From contig CAXXHG010000040.1 of the NCBI GenBank assembly GCA_963666315.2, positions 55,149 through 119,148 on the forward strand: DNA of 64,000 nucleotides, in the 5' to 3' direction. Positions 59,817 to 64,000 of the stretch are shown in pieces. Made by a program: the position numbers and the translations under genes. The notes beneath the pieces were generated by a model. That model saw nothing but the letters and a program-made list of their open reading frames with translations, was not told the origin of the DNA and did not search any database. The stretch is from Candidatus Binatia bacterium. GTDB taxonomy: Bacteria; Desulfobacterota; Binatia; Bin18. Positions within the stretch are counted from its first letter, which is position 1; each line of letters opens with the position of its first letter.

Positions 59817-59876
59817 CGCCTTTACTCTATTGCATACTCCCCCCTCCTTCCGAGGAGGGGAGCCTCTCTGTACCCT

Positions 59877-61019
59877 ATGTCCGTCGTTGTGTTCTGGTCC
59901 TTGGTTGGTCTTCTTGTCGGTGCACTCGTGTATTATCTTTTTGCGCTGTATGCAGCCTGGCGATTTTTCCAGAACGGTGCTTCTGACGGAGACTCCTTAC
60001 CCCCGGTTTCCATTTTGAAGCCACTCAAGGGGGCCGCTCCCGACCTCTATTTTAATCTCGCAAGCTTTTGTCAGCTTGATTGTTCAGTTTTTCAAATCGT
60101 GTGTGGGGTACGCGATCCTGACGATCCAGCCATCTCCGTAGTCAAAAAACTTCAGCACGACTTCCCCCAGTGCGATATCACCCTAGTGATTGAGCCCGAC
60201 GTTATTGGGACGAACTACAAGGTCAGCACCTTGCACCATCTTATGCAACGGGTCAAACACGACTATGTTGTGATTACTGACAGTGATGTTTCCGTCGAGC
60301 CGAATTATCTTTCCACCATTATCCCGCCGCTCACGAATCCAGAGGTGGGCCTGGTGACCTGTGTTTACCGGGCAGGCGTCATCCAGCCGTTCCCGGCTCT
60401 GCTCGAATCGCTCATGATCAACACCTCATTTACAACTCAAGTCATCGTCGCAAGCCAGGTTGAGCAGACCGCGTACGCCTTTGGCGCAACGATTGCGTTA
60501 AAACGGCACAGCCTTGAGGCCATCGGTGGGTTTGCTGCTCTGCGCGACTATCTTGCTGACGATTATTATCTGGGCTTTCTCATTGCGCAGGCCGGTTACA
60601 CAGTCCGCATTCTCCCCGCTGTTGTTGAAACCCACCCGGATGCAGCCTCGCTCAAGGATTTGTTTCAGCATCAGCTGCGCTGGGCTCGTACACAACGGAA
60701 CTGCAGACCAAGCGGGCATCTTGGTACCGTAGTGACCTACGGGACGGTATGGGCTTGCGTTGGGCTGATATGCTTTTGGACGTCCTCAGCACTGGCCCTT
60801 CTTTCCAGCATCGTCATTGGGATACGACTCCTGACAGCGGCAATTATGAGCGTAATTTTTCTCCGCGCTCGCCTTCCCCTGGCCACACTCATGCTGATTC
60901 CCCTGACAGACATCATTTCCTTTATCGTCTGGTGTGCCAGCCTGCATGGTAATACGGTTCAATGGCAAGAGTATACGTTTCGTATCCAAAAAGACGGCAG
61001 GATGGTCCGCGTCGGCTAA
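59877..61019 (+). CDS. hpnI: Bacteriohopanetetrol glucosamine glycosyltransferase HpnI
   Basis: PPVSILKPLKG, G.N.KV, DSD, LADDYYLG, HQLRWART. Confidence 0.9.
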   Translation: MSVVVFWSLVGLLVGALVYYLFALYAAWRFFQNGASDGDSLPPVSILKPLKGAAPDLYFNLASFCQLDCSVFQIVCGVRDPDDPAISVVKKLQHDFPQCDITLVIEPDVIGTNYKVSTLHHLMQRVKHDYVVITDSDVSVEPNYLSTIIPPLTNPEVGLVTCVYRAGVIQPFPALLESLMINTSFTTQVIVASQVEQTAYAFGATIALKRHSLEAIGGFAALRDYLADDYYLGFLIAQAGYTVRILPAVVETHPDAASLKDLFQHQLRWARTQRNCRPSGHLGTVVTYGTVWACVGLICFWTSSALALLSSIVIGIRLLTAAIMSVIFLRARLPLATLMLIPLTDIISFIVWCASLHGNTVQWQEYTFRIQKDGRMVRVG

Positions 61020-61903
61020 GTCTCCAGTGCCGAAAGGTCGCGGTAGTTCACTAGCTGGATGGCCTGCGTAGCAATAGCATTGCGTACGGCAGCACTCGTC
61101 AGCGCATCCAGCTCAGCATCCCTGCGATATGTTGGTGTCCAACGCTGCACTTCAGGGCACGGCAAAAAAGACGGATGACAGTATAACTCCGTCACTCCGT
61201 CTCGAAGCTGTGGCAGGAGTCCGAGTAGATAGCGCTCATCCAGGCCTCCACTTTGATGCAGTCCAAACAGGTAATCGGGATACCGAATCCCGGCTTGATG
61301 CAGTTTCTTTTCAGCCTCCTGGGCTAAGTGTGAAAAAACGAACGCTTCCCAGCGTTTTCGTAACGCCTGGCTCGAATCAAGCCTAAGACTACAGCCTACA
61401 TCTTCTCGCGTTAAACGGATGGCGGGAATCCGGTATTCTTCACTCAACTCTAGCAGGGCATCCAGCACCACCGGATGCATGTGAATATTCACATGTCCAT
61501 CCACATGAGAGAGCGGCAGCCCAGTTTCCAGAAAACGCTCGATCTGAGCACGGCACTCGGCCCGGACCTCATTCCGGGCGCGCCTTGAGAAAAAATAGCG
61601 CAGCCCAGCAAGCGTCGGATTGTGAGAAAAATTCCCTGCACTATCAATCAGAGAGGGAAGCAACCGGGGCGGGAGTACCGCTCTCCCTTGGACGAGAGTC
61701 AAGTGCAGCCCAACGCCTAGACTTGCCGTTGACCGGGCAATCTCAACCGCCTCCTCCCAGGCCAAGGCAGCCACCATCAGACTGGTATTAGTCAGAATGC
61801 CGTTGCGATGGGCGTGCAAAATGCCGGCATTGACCTGAGCCGACAGACCAAAATCATCACCATTTACGATAAGATAACGCGGGGCTGGAGAGACGGTGGG
61901 CAT
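61016..61903 (-). CDS. hpnK: Hopanoid-associated deacetylase HpnK (YdjC family)
   Basis: LIVNGDDFG, GIL..TSLMV, GLHLTLV, H.DGH...H.HP, ELYCHP. Confidence 0.9.
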   Translation of the reverse strand: MPTVSPAPRYLIVNGDDFGLSAQVNAGILHAHRNGILTNTSLMVAALAWEEAVEIARSTASLGVGLHLTLVQGRAVLPPRLLPSLIDSAGNFSHNPTLAGLRYFFSRRARNEVRAECRAQIERFLETGLPLSHVDGHVNIHMHPVVLDALLELSEEYRIPAIRLTREDVGCSLRLDSSQALRKRWEAFVFSHLAQEAEKKLHQAGIRYPDYLFGLHQSGGLDERYLLGLLPQLRDGVTELYCHPSFLPCPEVQRWTPTYRRDAELDALTSAAVRNAIATQAIQLVNYRDLSALET

Positions 61904-61906
61904 GGC

Positions 61907-62656
61907 TCATGCTGCTCGATCCAGCCGGTCTAGTGCCTCAATCTGTGGCAGGATGTCGCGCTCGGCTTTGTCCAAATCTTCCGGAAAATCTATCTCCGTC
62001 CAGGGCAGATCATCAACCCGTTCAAAGCCAACGTATCGTTGAGATAGGAATACTGGGAAGGCTTCCTCATGCTCGATGGTGTCTCGTCCCTGCGCAACAA
62101 AATCATCAAGAATAGAGCGCAAGAGCGGAGCATCATCTCGCCCGACTTTGAGAAAACCGACGGACTCGCCAATCAAATCGTAGTCGCCAGAGCCCCCACG
62201 GATAATAGTGAACACGCGTCCTTCACGCGTAAGTAACATTTGCTCTTCTCCCGTATTCTCAGCGCTCGCGTCAAGCAAAAAGCAGTTGAGCTGGTCAGAC
62301 TGGACAAGCCGCTTGAGCAAGCGCACCGGAAAAAGAACGTCGGCATCCATAATCAGGACGTCGTCGTTGAACTCCTCACGCGCGCTCCAGAGGGATAAAA
62401 TAGCGCCCTTCTCATATTGCGCGTTCTGAATGTAGCGAACGCGGACACCACCACACTGATCCCCAATTTCCTGGGAGATCATCTCACCCAGGTAGCCAAT
62501 CACCACAACCGCCTCATGCACTCCGACCGCACCCAAGGCAGTCAGGATCCGTTCCAGCAGCATGATGCCCTTCACTTCAATCAAACACTTGGGCCGCTGA
62601 TCGGTGATTTCTCTGAATCGCTTTCCAACTCCGGCGGCTAGGATAATGGCCTTCAT
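61907..62656 (-). CDS. LicC/PntC-type (phosphocholine/phosphonate) cytidylyltransferase
   Basis: KAIILAAGVGKR, PKCL, MDADVLF, GEE, GESVGF, W.EIDFPEDL. Confidence 0.85.
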   Translation of the reverse strand: MKAIILAAGVGKRFREITDQRPKCLIEVKGIMLLERILTALGAVGVHEAVVVIGYLGEMISQEIGDQCGGVRVRYIQNAQYEKGAILSLWSAREEFNDDVLIMDADVLFPVRLLKRLVQSDQLNCFLLDASAENTGEEQMLLTREGRVFTIIRGGSGDYDLIGESVGFLKVGRDDAPLLRSILDDFVAQGRDTIEHEEAFPVFLSQRYVGFERVDDLPWTEIDFPEDLDKAERDILPQIEALDRLDRAA

Positions 62657-63741
62657 GCTCTTGCACCCGACAATGTGTCTTTGAGCGCACCAAGAAAACG
62701 CTGAAAATCTTCGGAAGTTAGGTGACCCATATTCGCAACCCGAAACACCTCGGTCCGGAGCTTGCCCTGCCCCTCGTAAATCACGAATCCACGCTGTTTG
62801 AGCCCATCGTGTAAGCCTCGGTAGGAGGCTGCGTGAGGAAGAAGGAGAGAGGTCAAGGAGTTGGAGCGCACTTCGGGGGGCAGCAGGAATTCGAGCTCAA
62901 GATCAGCAAAGCCGTCTCGGAGGAGTTGGGCCGCTGCGCGGTAACGCGCCACCCGGCCAGCAGGTGTTTCCTCTAACAGCTCATCCAGGGCGGCGTCGAG
63001 CGCATACCAAGCTGGAATGGCCGGCGTAAACGGAACGCTACGGCGTTCCTGCGCTTCCCAATGGAGTGGCAGATGAAGATACAGTGAGTGGCGAGGATAG
63101 TCTCCCATCGCGGCCATGGCTTCATTGCGAACCAAGAGAAATGATACTCCCGGTTGCCCTTGGACGCATTTGTTTGCCGTACACGCGCACAGGTCTACCA
63201 TATCGCGCGCGACATCAAGATCGTCTCCGCCAAGGGCGCTGACGGCATCAAGGAGAAAGAGGCGGCTAGCCTGGCGAACCACGGCTCCGATCTCAGCGGC
63301 AGGATTCAGTAGTCCGGTTGTAGTCTCATGATGGACCAAGGCTACTGCGGCGATACTGGGATCGTGGCTGAGTGTCGATGCAATCTGGTCCACGTTCGGC
63401 GGTTCGGTCCAGCCATAGGTAAGTTCCACTACAGGAATGCGATGCGCCTCCGCCATTTGACGCATCCGGTCACCATACACACCATTGTTAATCACTAAGA
63501 GCTTTTTGCCATCCGGCAAGGCTGACGAGACCATAGCCTCAACGGCAAGCGTACCCGACCCGCTGACCACCACGGTGGTATAGCCATCCGGAGCAAACGC
63601 TCTGAGCAGTTTGCTCCGGATGGCAACAAGAAGATCCGAGAATTCTTCTTCCCGATGACACAAGTCGCCGCGCATGAGGGCTTGTTGAACGCGGGCAGAG
63701 ACATTGACCGGACCAGGGTTGAGGAGAATATATTGCTGCAT
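62653..63741 (-). CDS. 2-aminoethylphosphonate aminotransferase (AepZ/PhnW, class V PLP)
   Basis: LLNPGP, GSGT.AVEA, NNGVYG.R, VHHETTTG.LNP, DAVS..G, ANKC.QG.PG.SF, GFVIY.GQG. Confidence 0.85.
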   Translation of the reverse strand: MQQYILLNPGPVNVSARVQQALMRGDLCHREEEFSDLLVAIRSKLLRAFAPDGYTTVVVSGSGTLAVEAMVSSALPDGKKLLVINNGVYGDRMRQMAEAHRIPVVELTYGWTEPPNVDQIASTLSHDPSIAAVALVHHETTTGLLNPAAEIGAVVRQASRLFLLDAVSALGGDDLDVARDMVDLCACTANKCVQGQPGVSFLLVRNEAMAAMGDYPRHSLYLHLPLHWEAQERRSVPFTPAIPAWYALDAALDELLEETPAGRVARYRAAAQLLRDGFADLELEFLLPPEVRSNSLTSLLLPHAASYRGLHDGLKQRGFVIYEGQGKLRTEVFRVANMGHLTSEDFQRFLGALKDTLSGARA

Positions 63742-63754
63742 ATCTGTGGAGCTT

Positions 63755-64000
63755 TCAGCTGTCTTGCTGACGGCCAAGGGCCGACTGCTCACCGCGTATC
63801 GCTTCCATAAACCGAGCGACGATTTGAGGTGGTTCGTGTGTAATCCGACCGATTTTCCGCTCTTCCCGATCCGGCTCGATTTTAATCAACAGAAAAGAGG
63901 GGACCGGGCTGGGCCAACAGGTCCTGCGCGGCCCGTTTGTAGTTGATCCGGAGTCTCGGCTCGTCTCACATCGGTATAGCCACTCGCGCGGGCCACTGCG
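63755..64000 (-). CDS. C-terminus of a phosphonopyruvate/sulfopyruvate decarboxylase (TPP) subunit; runs off the window; two apparent +1 homopolymer indels
   Basis: Reconstructed AVARASGY...LLAQPGPSFLLIKI.P......GRI...P.QIVARFM resembles Ppd/ComE C-termini; it lies directly upstream of the AEP transaminase. Confidence 0.6.
   Translation of the reverse strand, partial: RSGPREWLYRCETSRDSGSTTNGPRRTCWPSPVPSFLLIKIEPDREERKIGRITHEPPQIVARFMEAIRGEQSALGRQQDS

Noticed and set aside
63755-64000. Calling the decarboxylase a pseudogene
   Set aside because: Both indels are +1 in short G/C runs at the window edge while downstream genes are intact. Sequencing error is at least as likely; this is unresolved without reads.
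1-64000. tRNA or rRNA genes
   Set aside because: No cloverleaf with a T-loop and acceptor stem, and no rRNA-like segment, was seen by eye.

Overview
This is a 64-kb bacterial chromosomal window of moderate GC. Its gene content (many amidohydrolases, LLM oxidoreductases, SnoaL proteins, four SMP-30/lactonases, CoA-transferase, hopanoid genes, a XoxJ-cytochrome c fusion) suggests a Binatia/Tectomicrobia-like lineage; that assignment is inference only. Housekeeping anchors are uvrB, aspS, apaG, phhB and a HIT gene. Two lipid-related loci stand out. (1) A visibly GC-richer block at 18.9-22.3 kb encodes a LicC-type cytidylyltransferase fused to a CobD/HisC-type PLP enzyme, a CDP-alcohol phosphotransferase and a methyltransferase resembling plant phosphoethanolamine N-methyltransferase. 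It could form a de novo CDP-ethanolamine/CDP-choline head-group pathway. (2) At the right end, hopanoid side-chain genes hpnL-like/J/I/K converge with a 2-aminoethylphosphonate operon (ppd fragment, AEP transaminase, cytidylyltransferase) that includes hpnK. Features missed by the ORF track include a decayed integron (intI 3' fragment, an attC site, a TA pair, and a second cassette-like gene bounded by GTTAGGG/CCCTAAC), a UGSC-type selenoprotein whose SECIS-position hairpin is a perfect 18-bp palindrome coinciding with a frameshift, a 2-kb island bracketed by a degenerate copy of a gene's 3' end, several REP-like palindrome families and about 15 pseudogenes or gene fragments. I found no rRNA, tRNA or CRISPR array.
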